Of a stretch of 64,000 bases of DNA, positions 1-13,399 are shown in pieces. How positions within the stretch are numbered: the first letter of the stretch is position 1; each line of letters begins with the position of its first letter. The DNA is from Raillietiella orientalis (lineage: Eukaryota). The position numbers and the translations under genes are program-made. The notes under the pieces are model-generated. The model did no database searches and was not told the origin of the DNA. It worked only from the letters and a program-made list of their open reading frames with translations. Location: the NCBI GenBank assembly GCA_036172245.1, contig JAYWIR010000048.1, forward strand, positions 620,001 to 684,000. The letters run 5' to 3'.

Positions 1-1005
1 GACTTCGCTTCGTTGCACCCGGGGCTGCATCACATGGCGGGCGGTGTCAATGCAGCCTGTCGTTGAGATCACTGCGCCGGTCGGGAGTCCGTCGGACACG
101 AAGAAGAACCACCTCAGCAGGTCACGGACGGTGTCCTCCTGGTGTAGGCTCGCTAAAGCCAGGTCTCCGCCATCAGTTCCTGGAGGGCAAAACAGTCCCA
201 ACGCAGGTGCGGGATCGACTCCGCCGACCTCTCTCCTGGTACAGTTCTAGGATACAACTCCCTGCGGAAACGAGGGTGCCCGAGCTGATGGAACAGCGCA
301 GACACAGCAGCGCCAACTGCTTTCACATCACAGGGAGCACGCGAGTGCACAAACATTGGGGAGGAACCACAGGTTCTTCAGTGGCGAAACTTGGAAGTTC
401 ACTCCAACAGAGGGGTCTCTTCGTCTGGATGAGCAGCATGGCGGCATCCGCCAACGCCATCGCGCGTCTTCCAGATGCCCGGGAGTTTCGTCTTTCCTGC
501 GACGGCGCAGCAGTACTCCCCCACCGCTGGAGTGCAGATGTCGTAGCTTGTCCTTAGGGTGGACAGAGCTGCGGGAAGAGGTCTCTTGAAATAACCGACA
601 CGTAGGGCAAGTCCCATCGAGCTTTTCTTCCCTCGCTTGAGCTTCAGGATACCAAAAGAATACAGAGGTTCAGGAACATCCCTTCGTAAACCGAATTCAT
701 GGCTGATCTACTCGCATGCGGGAAGATGAACTTCTATCGAGCGTATTAGAAATTTATTACAAGCCTCGATAAGAAGAAAACTTGAAAGGATCAGCTTTTT
801 CATTCCTCCTGGAAACACGAGTGGTTCTACGAAGGATTGCAAGCACACTTGCAAACTCCTTGTGCGAAGAATCCTTGGATTCTTTTTTCGTATGATTTCG
901 TCCCTCATCGTGGGAATTGATCAGTGCTGTCAGCAATCCTGGAACTCTCATCTTTTTTTTCTGCAAGTGCTCTGCCAGAAACCAACCGACTTTCGACGGA
1001 AGCAC
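1..1005 (-). mobile_element. Degenerate 3' part of L1/Tx1-type non-LTR retrotransposon ORF2 (post-RT region and zf-RVT-like motif)
   Basis: Minus ORF 153-356 contains ESIPHLRWDC, resembling the zf-RVT E(T/S)xxHLxxxC motif. The same motif recurs at ~11990, ~47990 and ~56960. Frameshifted. Confidence 0.65.
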
Positions 1006-1018
1006 TTATTAGGGGCTG

Positions 1019-1600
1019 GTGTACGCCGCCACTCCTAGTACACGAGCTGGGGACCGCGCTTCCAGCTCATTTCCTCTTGTTCAGCACAAGAAACGAGTAG
1101 AACCAGTGAGTGATGCTGGCTTTGTGAGCTGCGTGATTCCCTGTGGCGCAATCGAAACGAACGCAACGGTGTTTCGTCGACCGATTCACTTGCATTGGAC
1201 GCAGGGTGCCACTCTTCAGCACACAGGTCAAACGCGCGTGGTCTGGCGTGAAAATCGTAAATGCATGACCGACGGATCCAAGATGAAAATGAATGCAGCA
1301 TCCAGAGCGCGAAGCGGGTCCATCAAGTGACGCGCGGAATGGGAAGACGCGGAATTCATCTTTTGGTTCGCAGGATTCTTGCGCAGGATGGGCTCCTCGT
1401 GTCCGTGGGAAAACTTAGCCTGAAGTCATCAGTCCTGCAAGAACAGCAGCCCCACCCCCCTTCCCCTTTGCCATCGATGGGATGTTGAAGCATTTCCAAG
1501 AGAACCGAAACAGCTTTGAAGCAGCAGCGGAAATAAAATAATGTTGGCACAGAGCTTTGGTATTTTCTTGTGAGATTAACCCTTTGGGTGCGGAGCTCAT
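1019..1600 (+). mobile_element. Possible hAT transposase relic
   Basis: ORF 1019-1330 has LQHTGQ...W...CMTDGSKMKMNAA, similar to hAT HTG...TDN.xNM. It is followed by IHLLVRRIL, loosely like CxxHxLNLxV. Confidence 0.3.
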
Positions 1601-2199
1601 CAGATTGAAACGCTCCGTGCCGACGGCAGGCGAGTCGCAGCGTCGGCAGTCTCTTTTTCCCGTACCGCGTACTCCATCGAGGTAACCATTGACTACACAA
1701 AGTGCTGATTAAAGTTAATATTGCAACTGCCTATTTACACCACATTAAATGAAATATTTTCATTTCTTCCAAACATGAATTTTTATTTTTGTATCTATAT
1801 TTGGCTATTCTATTATCTGTAATGCTTTTCACAGCTTCAGAATCAGATAACGATGAAAAGCATAGGGATATTCTCTCGGTTTCACCGTCATATTCTTCAT
1901 TCGAATCCGACCCTTCATCTATTCCTCTGTCGCCTCTCGTAATGATCTTTTCAAAATTTACTGGACATTCTCAAGATATCGCAAAGATAAAAAACATATG
2001 ATAAATTATACGAAACCGACAAAAGCCGAGAATAGTTAGCCGATATGAATGGAATTTCGCTCCCTGTCGTTGCTAAGGGAACTATAAGAACGTCAGTGCT
2101 TGCGTCCATCTGATACACCGATAGTGTTAACTCAAACCGTGTGTACAAGGTACACACACTTGAGCCAGGCTCATCTAAGCGTCTGCAGCGCGCGCTGAC

Positions 2200-3100
2200 T
2201 CGTGGGGCTCACCCATGCGTCCATAGCACTCAAAGGGTTAAGGAATGCTTCTTGGCAACGCTGCCGACGAGCACACTCCACAGAACTCCATTCCGACTTC
2301 CTGCCCAGAGAGGGCTGTGTTCAAAAGAGACAGGAATGCGCGCATCAGAGAGGCGTCTTGCCCCTGGGAAAAGGGGTTGGCCAATTCGGACTGCCGCACT
2401 TTTCCCAGCTCTTTCGCTTCGGAATTCCTGGAGCTGATGGACGTCTTCTCGAACCCGATGGACAGCGTTCGACTGACTCTCATCATGTCGTTGGGCCCCC
2501 CATCCACAACTTTGAAGTTCAGTCGAAAATGTCTGGTGATTTCGAAAATCTCTTGTGGTCCGCAGTGGCTGGAGGTGGCTGAAAGCTTTCCCTGGAACCT
2601 GTTTTCAAAAAAACGAATAAAGAAAGAAAAAGAGCTAAACTGGAGATCTCCCAGACGCTTGCTGCAAGAACGAGGCAGTGCACAGCTTCCCATGTCTGCA
2701 GAAAACTTTCCTTTCGTCAAGGGGCCTTCAACTGAGAATTGCACAAACGCTTTGAAGCGTCTTTGTCGGTCCGTTGTTTTTGGTTCATACCGAGTTCGGA
2801 TTCGACTATCCGATGCTCCTCCTCCGTGCCGATAAGTGGATCTTGAAGATGCCTCCTCCCCGAAGGAAGCAAGAAACTCATCTTTGCCTCTTCACAAAAC
2901 CTCAGCAAGGCAGCAGCAGCAACACAGCGGCCGGCTCCCGAAATCTCTGGAATCGCCATCCTCACTTCGCATAGGAATTCGGTAGCTGCTGAGACAACTC
3001 TGGGCTCCCAATTTGTCTTTTGCCCCTCTGGTTTCCAGTCTTCCTCGCAGTATCTCACGTTTTCTTTGCAGTTATACACTGGAGATGTATTCAAATTTCA
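2200..3100 (-). mobile_element. Degenerate non-LTR (L1/Tx1-like) reverse transcriptase fragment
   Basis: Minus ORFs 2717-3094 and 2238-2744 carry decayed RT motifs in the expected order (LRF...GRR, KRLGDLQFSSFSF similar to RQGDPLSPxLF). Confidence 0.45.
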
Positions 3101-3849
3101 AAATAAAAGCTCAAGATACTCTTCGAGTGAGGATTCCTGTAAAGGAAACTATGATGACCTTTTAGCATGAAAACGGGGAGTAAAATGCAGTGGAAAGATT
3201 GACATCCCAGTCTGTTGACCCAGCAGCTCGACTGGCAACCAGTTACCAGCTACCAATACTTCTATTTGAGTGCTGAATACTGTCATTTGCCGATGTTAGG
3301 CCACGTTTACATACCGCTTCCTGTTCGGCACCAACGCTCACTGAAGGGCGGTTTATGGAGCTCTGGATAACAAGACCCAGATGGTCATTAAAAAGAGTGT
3401 CCGAATTCCACTGAATACTGCCTTCTAAGTAAATAGCAAGCGTCTGGAATGATCCAGAAGAGTAAAAGGATTTCAGCTTTGAGCTGCAAAAATGAATACG
3501 AACAAATACAGATATATGGTGTAATATAGGGAAAAATGTAACGTGAAATCTGCAATAAATTTCGCGCAAAAATCAAAACAGATCAAAATGGAGGCATTAT
3601 TTAAAGCCAGATGGATGTATATGTTTATGTATCACTGTTCTGGTGATCGAAGAATCGAAAACATTTCCTTTGCTGCGAAACAGGTTGACAGAATGAGCAC
3701 CTCATGGGACCAATTTTACCGTGGATGGGTATCATGGAATATATTTTCAGCACAAGCAATTCCTTTAAGGGATGCAGAGTTCCTTCCGTATGAATTCGAT
3801 GCGTCCGCATTACAGGGAAGGCATTAGAAGAAGGCATTTGAGGCCAGGA

Positions 3850-4730
3850 CGCCTACTTCTGTGCGCTGCAGCTCCATGGATGCGTTGCTAGGCATGATGC
3901 AGCATCTAGCATTTTCTCAGAGGTTGAGTGATGGATGGAATTATAGGTAGCAGACAAACGCCGCCCCGCGAATGCCTTCTGCGTGGATGCATGAGGAATG
4001 AGGTGGAAGCAATCTGCATGGAAACAACTGCCAAAGCCTTCATCTTACTACCAGAGTAGGTACGCATCCGCAGCAAATGTTATCTGGCGACCAAGGACCG
4101 GCAGCCTGCATCTGAGAGCAGCTGGGTTGGATCGCCATTATCTCGAGTGCTGCTGCAGTAATTGCTGGGGTTTCTCCATCCCTGATGCTGCGACAACCCT
4201 TGCGGATTCTCAATCCTAGGTGGGAACTCGCACAGTGGTGCGAACGCTGCGATTTCCTGCCCAGTGAAGAGAAGCCCCTCACTCCTGATTTTCTTCCTTC
4301 GCGACAAGAGCCGGATGGTTTGAGCAGCAAGCAGGAGTCCGTTTTCCCGGAGAGGATTCCAGATATGGCTCTCGGCATTCGGCGCTGCCGAAAGTCAGCG
4401 TGGATTAAGATGGGAGCGCACTTGGAATACGAAACCGCCTTCGGGAAGAAGTGAAGGATCCTAGTGGACCGATAAACGCTGTCTGAGCAACCGAACGACG
4501 ATCTCTCTCAGATAAATAAAATCCCTTCATCAGCTGCTCCGAATTTCGCAATTGATGGTTCCTGGAATGCTCTGGATGCAGGTTTCGTGACAGCTTTGGG
4601 TGTGAGAGCAAAGTGCGAGTTGACAGGGACTGCACAGCTGACAGCCTGAGTTTTTCCAGAAAACTGGAAGTTTTTTTCAGCCCTCCGGAGGTACGCGAAA
4701 GTCACTTTCAGCTGAAATGTTCCCACAACT
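3850..4730 (-). mobile_element. Degenerate non-LTR RT fragment
   Basis: Minus translation gives PILIHADFRQ (like xxxDxxKAFD) and LRIRKGCRSIRDGETP...AALEIMA (like GxRQGDP...ALE) in RT order. Confidence 0.4.
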
Positions 4731-4799
4731 CTTCGCTCCCCTATTCACCGCAAGAGAGGATGTGCGTGTGTGGGTACCTTCCCTCAGCAAGAGCATTTT

Positions 4800-5706
4800 C
4801 TTTTGGCACCATAGACAGGGTTTCTGATTTCTATGCAGGTGTACGTCCTCTAAATAATATTATAACCTTCATGGCATTTACTGTCGCGGTCAAACTCTTC
4901 GAGCTTTAGACTTTTGTCTCTTCGGTCTTTGCAAGAAACGGCGGAAAATTATCTCGAATCGATCCTTCACTACTAATAATTGCCTCCGGTATATACCATT
5001 TCGCTTCTTCTACTGATCTTGGAGTGCAGTAGAAACTGCTGACTATCTCCAGTTATGAAGATGGATGCTGCCTTGTTAAAAACGATTTATGTGTGAGGAA
5101 AACGAATCATTCCTGCGAGTTCTTTGGCACCACGGAGCTTTTTCCGATTTCCAATGGTGCCAAGGTGTCATCTACTGTTGTTTCAAAGAGAATCAAAGAC
5201 AGCTGTTTATCCAAACATCGAGAGCAGCTTGCAGTGTGTTCACGTAGGTGGTCGATAATTAGATTTTTGGATCGAATCGAGGATCCCTGGAAATGTCCTT
5301 TATTCCACAAGAAGTTAGTCTTGCTTTCAGAACTTTCAGGAAGGCTGCTGCACTCTGTCTCCCAGCATTCGATTACGGTTTTTCATAAGATCAAAGGAAT
5401 GCAAGTCTGGAGCAAGGAAAGGTCCGCCTCATGAAGGAAAGTGGTTTTACCACCAATTTACTCGATGGGCTTCGACCTATGATCCTCGAACAAAACCACC
5501 ATGATGACGCTTTGACTTCACGTGCTCCTGCAGGTGAAGTCTCTGTCAGTTTGTAAATCTCAGAGGACATCACCTCCAAGGAAGCCTAAGCATCAATTTC
5601 GCTTCTTTGTCTCTGAATGCTTAGCACCGCACCTGTAGAGGTGAGCAATTCTTTCGTACATTGCACCACCCTCCTCACTTGATCTGAAGCATTTTCACTT
5701 TCCATT
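4800..5706 (-). pseudogene. Possible orthomyxovirus PB2-like EVE (N-terminal part)
   Basis: Minus strand begins MESENASDQVRRVVQCTKELLTS and, after a frameshift, reads RVNWW*NHF. This resembles the PB2 N-terminus and its AV(T/D)WW motif. Heavily degenerate. Confidence 0.33.
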
Positions 5707-6049
5707 ATCCCTTAATATTATTATAGAATATTATATGATAATCAGCATTTTGAGTATTCATAAATAAAGATACATTTTGAATCCATGTCAAAGAACACAT
5801 AAATATTACATAACGATGCAGATGTCATAGAATTACATCTGATTAAAAAATTAAAGGTGTTCATCCTACATCTTGCTAAATTAAATTAAAGTCACTTCAC
5901 ATCACTTGATACGCACGTGTTGATCATCATGAAATGATCTTGGAAATAATTTTTTCCCAGATGCTATTTCTTGTCATCCTCAACTTATTTCTCTAAGGTT
6001 TTATTAATAATCCTTACTATTATTTGTACAAAAAGGATAAAATGTCAGA

Positions 6050-9000
6050 TGGTAAACTGAGAACACCGATAATCTCGCTATCCCTGAATCAATGGACACT
6101 TTTCGTGTCTCCTTCCAAACACCTCACTGCATGTCTTGCCGGCCTGGGAATACAACTGAAAGACGCCTCGCTGCTTTAAAAAAAAAAAAAAAATCTTCAA
6201 TGAGAGGTTATCCACTCTGAGCGCACGAGACTGAGAAGTTTCCCAAGCAGCTGCCATCGGAAACTTCTTAGAAACACCTATATGCGTATTTAATTTATTA
6301 CATTTTTCCTGTTTCTGTGCGCATTCTTTCCCGTCTTCTGGCTTCTGCTGGAAGCGAAAGTTTCCGTGGTCGTTAGGCAAGCGCGGCATCCGCATGAAGG
6401 CGGCTTCCCGGCCTAAAAGGGTCCCTGCGATCTCTCACTCTTTTCATGTGATGAGAAAGAAGTGTTTACCGTGCTGAAGTGAAACCGTGATGCTCGTGCC
6501 AGCCGTTGCTGGATGCGGCGCTGTGAAGACTCCAGGGGAACGTTGCTAGGTTCATCTCGTCTCGGTACGCACGCAGCAGTTATTCTTCTCGGTTCCGGTT
6601 TGGATTTCCGGAGGACTCGGTTTCGGATTTCTCCGTTTGGACTCACCAAGGACATCTGCATCGTAAACTCATATCATATCACACTGCCTTGAAGGAACCG
6701 ACGGTGCGTGGGCGTGTCGGGGGAAGGATTCACCGTTCGATTCCGGCGACAAGCGTGCCTCCTTGCATCCCTTCAGGAGACGTCTCTTGTCTGCGTATCA
6801 CTCTTCGAGGAGAGCCAGCGAGAATTTCGACTCAGCTGCTACGAATGATCATCAGAACTGATAAAGTACCTAAACTGCAGCTCTTCCGATGCTCTTCAGC
6901 ATCAGTGATCCTTAGCATCGTCGGATGCAGCTAGAATTTCTCACGACAAGATGACGGAACAGGAGGATTGGAGTCCTCTCCGCAAGCGCGAGACATGCTT
7001 GAAATTTCTGAGTCCAGAGCAAACTGATGCAATTGAGAATTTCATCCATAATGTGGAAGCGTGGAATTCGCTTCTTCACACATTCAACCGTTTCCAATTT
7101 CTTTTCGAATCTTCGGTTTCTTCTTTCTGTCTGCGTTCGCTCCCGCTGCCCGTCTGCAGCACAGTAATCAATTAGAAGGTGATGATTAAATGATAGTGTT
7201 TCAAATGGTACTGGAAAAGATATTTGTTTGGTTTCAGATGAATTCAATCCCTCGTTTCCCCCTTATCCTCTACCCCTTCTCTCCCTTTTTGAGTACAACA
7301 TTCCCGGGAATTCCAAGAATCGCTTAATTTGAGGCGTGTGTGAGACGCTGCATGAGGGCCTCGAAGATCACAGTTTTCCACCATGGGCATCGCTGCTAAG
7401 CAATTCAGCTAAGCATTCTAATTCTAATTACCACCCACTTCAGCCTTTGGGTGTTTTCTTGCAGTCCTTTGCAGCAAACGTCATGAAACAATCCCGCGCC
7501 CACTGTGAGAACAAATCCCACGCATTCTCATGCGTCTCATGAGATGAGGCATGTGCGCTTTTTTCTTTTTTTCCGACAACTACTCTTAAAGAAGCAATGC
7601 TTATTTTTTTCCGAGCCTTCTCAGCATGCATTTCCTGACTCCAAAGCTAGGAAGATGGCCATTTTCAGTTTATTTTGCATCCACGGCTCATGGAATGCCT
7701 ACGTGGTGGTCATGGTCACATGAACACTCCAAAGATCTCTTGTCTCCTGTCACCCTATTTTTCCTAGGGATTTTCCTTTCTTGGCATGACATCATGTGTT
7801 CATGGAGCATTTTCTGATTTCTCGTGCTTTTGGTTAAACATTGGGATCTCCACATAAGTTGACAGGTTTTCCTGGATGACCATGACCATTCCTGGATGGC
7901 CGAATACGCATCCAAAATGATAACAGTACAAACAATGTGATTTCCACTCCCTCATCCAAAGAACAACTCCACTGCAGATGTTTATGGGTTTGGAAGAGGA
8001 GTGGTGTACTAAAAGGCAACATTTGGGATCACTTTACAAAACGACTGACACAGCAACAACGGTGTTTTTTTTTATGAAGCCGAAAAATCGTCTTGATGAT
8101 TCAGTGTCGATCGTTTCAGGATGCTGCTCAGGGTGTTTCATGAAGCATGTTCGTTTTTCTCGATGCTGCCAGTGTCTTACTTGAAGGATCATCTGCTGAG
8201 GACACACAGCAAATTAACTTTTCAGCAGAGTTGTGGCATAAGGATCGAGGGAGGAGCTTTGCTCAAATCGGGCATTTAAGGAAAATTTCCGGTCTGCCGC
8301 CTTGATAATAACATGCTTTCTTGGAGACGGACACTCGGATACGAGAGAATGCTGATCTGACTGAGCCACAAAGAACAAACTGTCGAAATCTTGAAAGCCA
8401 TCTTCTGAATTCCTTTGGATTGCTCCAACATTTGTTGTTTCTAAGGATCGGAGACAATCTCCCCGAGGATGCTCGCGTAATCGAAAAATCAACGGTCTTA
8501 TTCTGACGAAGAAGTACTTGATCCAACTCTCGGTTGTTTTATCACCTCATGGGCATGATAACTGTCTTTGAGATCAGTGGCTGTTCTAGATAGACACTGA
8601 GAAAAGCATTCTCTTGTTACTAGATGACGAGTTTATCTCCCGCCACCAGAAATGATCCTCCTTGAAACTCATCTTTTGACTCCAAGACGGAGATAGCCAA
8701 GATATGCGAACTCGAAGGAACTTCTTTTCGAGACTGATCCCTGAAGATTGAGGAAGCATCAAGGTTGCTCTGCCCGTCGGACCTCGATTCGATGTTGGTG
8801 CTAAAAAAAAAACGTCTCAGAGCTCCTGAAAAAAACCGCTCCAGGGATTTGCCGCCTTCGACCTTTCCCAGGAGTGCTTGTTGCCGTCGTTTCACGCAGT
8901 GACACACGGAAAAAGGTTTCCCATCCAGAAAAGAATTGATCTGTGAGCTTACGAGCAACGAAAAGACAGGATGTGAAGGGTGGCGGGTAGATTCCTGAGT

Positions 9001-10172
9001 ATCAAAGCCACAGATGACCAAAAAATAAGTCGCTAATCGGAGGTCACTTCCACGTAATCTCAGAGGTCGAAAGGTAGATTGCATGAGATGCTGTGATCTA
9101 GATGGGAAGAACGTTGAATGTCAGAGTGGTTTAAATCGTCCCTGATTCCTGCAAAACACGAGAAACTGGAAACCATGTTTATCACGGAGAAGATGCACTG
9201 TGTAGATTCATTCTTTCTGGGAAGTTTGCTTCCGAGGAACGTACTCTAACTCCATCTTGTTCATCAGACGGCAAGTTTCCTGCAAATTTTCCTCCAACCT
9301 CTCTGCTGATTGGCATATGCGAAACATCTGACTTCTTGTGCATTAGCACGCCACTGTGGTGAGCCGTTTACATCCTCCTTTTAGGTTGATCTGATAGAAC
9401 TGAACACTGCGCAGACTGCGTTCTGGAAGGTAAAAATTGTGAACATCTACTTTTCAGATGCAGTCAAGCTGGTGTCCAGTGTAATGAATTTGACCATGGG
9501 ATTCCAGGATCCAAGATAAGCACGGAAGAGATTATCTGAGTTGTCTGCAGGCAAGGATTCCTTCATTTCTCAACCACTGCAAGTGGAGACGCAGGTGAGG
9601 GTCATTCTGCTCAGAATACAAACGGAAAAATCAAATGTGCACGGGATTCCCCTTTATAGTTGCTGTGGAAACACCGTGTTTAGCCTCGCTGTTCCTTGGG
9701 AAGCACAAAGACGAATGAATGAGGTTCCCGAGTTATTTCATTCTGGTGATTTTTTTTCGAGGCATACCAGAAACATTAATAAATCCGCTCTCTTGAATTG
9801 AAGTTATCTCTCAGATACTCAACTCAGTGCACAAAAATGCTCTTTGCATCCTGCGGCCCTTATTCCGGATCTTGGGAAACGCGTGCGGCAGGGATTACCA
9901 TTGCTGCAATTTTCCAAATGCTCGGATCCTCGTCTTCAGCAGGACAGAGATTTTCCACCACTTCCAGTGATCACTGGCAAAGCGATGGCCGTAACAACCG
10001 ACCGCATCCGTGGAAGATGTGCGTCACCCAAGGTCATGCGCCGAGGATCACCACATCTGTGATAAAGCTCTTGGAGAAAGTCGGCAGTTGAAGAACGGCA
10101 GGAGGACAGAACAAAGATTAAGGCAGGTCCGAGACCCCTGATTTCCAAGAGCTGCTGAAGTCTCAAAGCCAC
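6050..10172 (-). mobile_element. Degenerate L1/Tx1-type ORF2 (APE endonuclease, RT, C-terminus), interrupted around 7250-8200
   Basis: APE start LLEIRGLG...ADFLQEL (9936-10172). RT motifs TFRPLRLRGSDLRLATYFL, LVSSQINSFLDGKP and GKSLERF (8620-9084). C-terminal CPL near 6090. The domain order is correct. Confidence 0.7.
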
Positions 10173-10499
10173 GTGTCAATACGGCTCATCCCTGCACCTG
10201 AGGGATGATGGCACTTTTACCGCTCCGCTTTCAGGACAAGGAAGTCATCTGTCCATCGCAAGTTTCGACTTTGAGATTCCTTCGTTGCGTTAATTAATCA
10301 TGAGCGAAACTCAGCAAAATGATGCTGGGAATGCTGAGAAACTCAGTGCATAGGGAAGAAAAAAAAATGAAAAGATAATGGTCAGTCAGCTCAGGGTGAT
10401 GCCATTGAGGCCGCCGAATCGCCAAACTTAATGGTCATGAACCTTTGGATGATATACACCAACCTGATACGCGGATGACGCCGAAGAACAGGGAAAACG

Positions 10500-11480
10500 A
10501 AAAGTAAATGGAAAAAATCCACAGAAGGGTCTCGAGAAACGACCATTCCGGGCATTCGGACCGGCGGAGAGCGACGAACGACGGCCCGCAGGCGTTGCTT
10601 CCTGGCCCGTGGTCTACTCCCGCCGGGCTTGCGCTTCGTCGGCCGCTCTCCCGCTGTGACGGGTCTGCGCATGCTCTAAGGGGGCGGCCACCCTCCCTCG
10701 CAGCAGCCGTCTGCACGCCGCCGAGTGGCGAGACGTCTCCCGGGAGAATAGGACGCTGTGAATGAGCTGCGCTGCGATGCAGTCGCGCTCCTCGGGAGGA
10801 ACGGGCGTGGAGGCTAAGCGGTCGTCCTGTGTTTTTGCGGCAACCCCGCGATGGGGTGCGCATCCCCCCCCCCCCCAGCTGCCTTCATAAGAGAAGCACG
10901 AAGGGAACCTAGAAAGGATCCGCTCCTTGTTGCCCCTCTTCTGAAGAGGATCCCGAAGGGACTCTTCCAAATTTGTCTGAAGGGCTCCTTCCGAAGGGGG
11001 CAGCGCGCTTCTTACACTCTGCAGAGGCAACCTCCCGACAGAGGTTTCAACCACTTCCATGGTAAGGAGATGGAGAATCACCCCCGCGTAGGAAGGGACC
11101 GTTCCATTTTCCCAACCCGGAAGGGAACCCCGAAGGACTCCTTGATGCCCTGGAAAGACCCGGAGCGTCGTCCTGCGGGGGAGGAGCACCCGAAACCTAC
11201 GACGCACCCATTTCTCGACGGTGGAACTGGAACCCTCAACGACTTGGTGCCGCGCGCAGAGATCGCTGCCACGCGGCCGCCAACTCAGGCCGTGCGGCTA
11301 TGGAAGCGTAGCTTTCGAGTGTGTGGCCGCGTGGTCGCGCTGGGTGCTGTTTGTTTCGGTGGCACACGTGGATGGCGTTTCCATTTCCCGGAGGGAACGC
11401 CCCAAAGTTGGCTTTGATAGCCTGGTTTTTTTTGCGTTGCCACCCAACCAAGCCGGGGCCTTTAGTGACTAAAATAAACC
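10500..11480 (+). mobile_element. 3' fragment of L1/Tx1-type ORF2
   Basis: Frameshifted zf-RVT CGGGAPET/TTHPFLDG at ~11170-11225. Ends near an A-rich stretch at ~11470. Confidence 0.5.
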
Positions 11481-12600
11481 TGCAACTTTTGTCGTGGAGT
11501 GCGAAGTCCCACCACACTCAATTCTGCAATGGACCTGGCGGGCTGCCGGCAGGCAGACCGGAGGACTCACCTCGGAAGCGAAAGGGGGTGAGAGAAAACA
11601 AAAATACAAATAAAAAAATAAAGAATACCTAAAAATAAATAAGCACACTATGAAGGGTCGGGAGGGGTTCACTGTCCGCTGGAAGGAGTCAGTATCCTTT
11701 CCAGGATGTCACCTAGGTCCGTCCGAATAGGAGCCAGGTGGGGACTATCTGACCGCTATCCGCAGTAGCGAACTGCGAGCTGGACGGCGTCCCTCTCGTT
11801 CTCTCCTCCGTTGGCTTCGCTCCAGGCTGCGACAATCCCACGGATGAAGCAAAGCGCTGCTGGGGCTGCGGCTGCCTGACGTCCCGCACAAAGAGGAGCC
11901 TTAAATGTCTTTGGGATTGCCAACACGGATCCTGAACGTCGTCCCCAAACGTTTCCATGGGGGCCGGAGGGCGACAGTCCTCGAGCAGGTGCGGGAGGGA
12001 TTTCTGTTCCCCCCACCTGCGACAGTGCGGACTCGCCCTCTCCAGCGTCCAGCGGAGTCGGCGGGAGTTGCAGGGAAGACCCCAGTGCGAAATCAGAAGT
12101 GCCGACATGTGCTACTTCACGGCGAGGGCGCTGCTGTTCTTGAGCACTGGGGTCCACTCCAGGTCTTCGCTAAGGATACCGAGCAGCTTGCTCCAGCGCT
12201 GTAGTCCTCATGGAAGGACACTCAGGGTCGCGTCATCAGCCAGCTGTCCCAAGGGCCATCCACTCATCAGTTTTCGCCATGTTGAACGTGAACACCAAGT
12301 TGCTGGCTATGGCGTGCAAAACGACGACGGGTAGGTCGCGTAGTCTTGGTGAGATGGTCGCTGCGGGTGCTCGTGGGTCGTGTACGGAAAGGCTTGCCCG
12401 CAGCTTCCGGTGAAGCACTCTGAGCTGCGGAGTGGGCGCGAGCAAGGTAAACCGTTTTACCCGCAAAAGAGCCGTGAGGCACGCGGCATCCGGATGGGCG
12501 CGAAGAGTGCCTGAAGCAGGATCAGTGCACAGGTCTCTGCGCTGGTCTTCGGTTGGCTGGCCATTCGAAGAATCACGTGCGCGTTTCAATTTGGAGTTTG
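11480..12600 (-). mobile_element. 3' fragment of L1/Tx1-type ORF2 with 3' UTR
   Basis: ORF 11713-12108 HWGLPCNSRRLRWTLERASPHCRRWGEQKSLPHLLEDC is a typical zf-RVT region. AT-rich UTR at 11590-11645. Lies tail-to-tail with the preceding plus-strand copy. Confidence 0.75.
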
Positions 12601-12749
12601 CAAATGGGCGGATTTACGTAGAGCTCTCGCTACTGGATGGTCGCCTAATCTGGAGCACTCCCTACTGCCCCTACTGAGACCCTGTTTCGAGGCGATAATG
12701 GTGTGCTCTGACTGTGCTAGTGGCAGGTCGACATTCAGTTTTCATGCAA

Positions 12750-13200
12750 AGGACGCTGATTTTTGAACGTTCAAAAATCTTTGCTCAAGGCAGCATAGCA
12801 AAGAATCGGCTGCTGTGGTTTGGGCGGTGATTTGGGTGTTCGGAGCCTTTTCAGGTGTTATGAATCTCTTCATCAGTTAGCTCCTAAGAGAAATGCTTTA
12901 TGGTCTGGCAGATCGATGGAGGCCAACAAGTTATCTTCACAAGCTAACGTTTCTCAGGTCGCCATCAAGAGATGGGGTTTACGGGACCTATGTTTTCATA
13001 GGTTGTGTGTAAATCCCATCCACCGCCGTAGGGTGAGTTCTGCCTCTGCAAGCAGAATCGCAGCCGTGATGCCCCACAAGGCGGTTTCAATGTTTGCATC
13101 CCACTTGAAATCTGTGCTAGAGGACAGCAGAAGAAACGACTGCGCAATGGTTGTGCGGCTCTTTCGTCCTTGTTGCACAATTTTGTTTGCTATTCACCAC
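12750..13200 (-). mobile_element. Possible APE endonuclease C-terminal fragment (non-LTR)
   Basis: Minus translation GFTHNL...RSR...LPDHKAFLL resembles the APE xT...SRID...SDHxA motifs. Confidence 0.35.
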
Positions 13201-13399
13201 CTCCTACCCTTAGGGTATCAAATGAGCTTTCGTAAAGAACCAGAATGCCATTTCTGCAACTACTCAGGGTTGAGGGGAAGTTCCTAGTTCTGTGGCCATG
13301 GCAATTCCTTATTTCATAAGGGTCTGTCGAGACACCTAAAAATGGATGCCTCATAGGTCAGGAGTGAGGATTCGTGACTGCTCGCCACAAGTGGCAACT

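Noticed and set aside
7688..7915. CDHDHHVG as a Polinton/endonuclease VII motif
   Set aside because: It is a single short motif with no polymerase or other supporting context.
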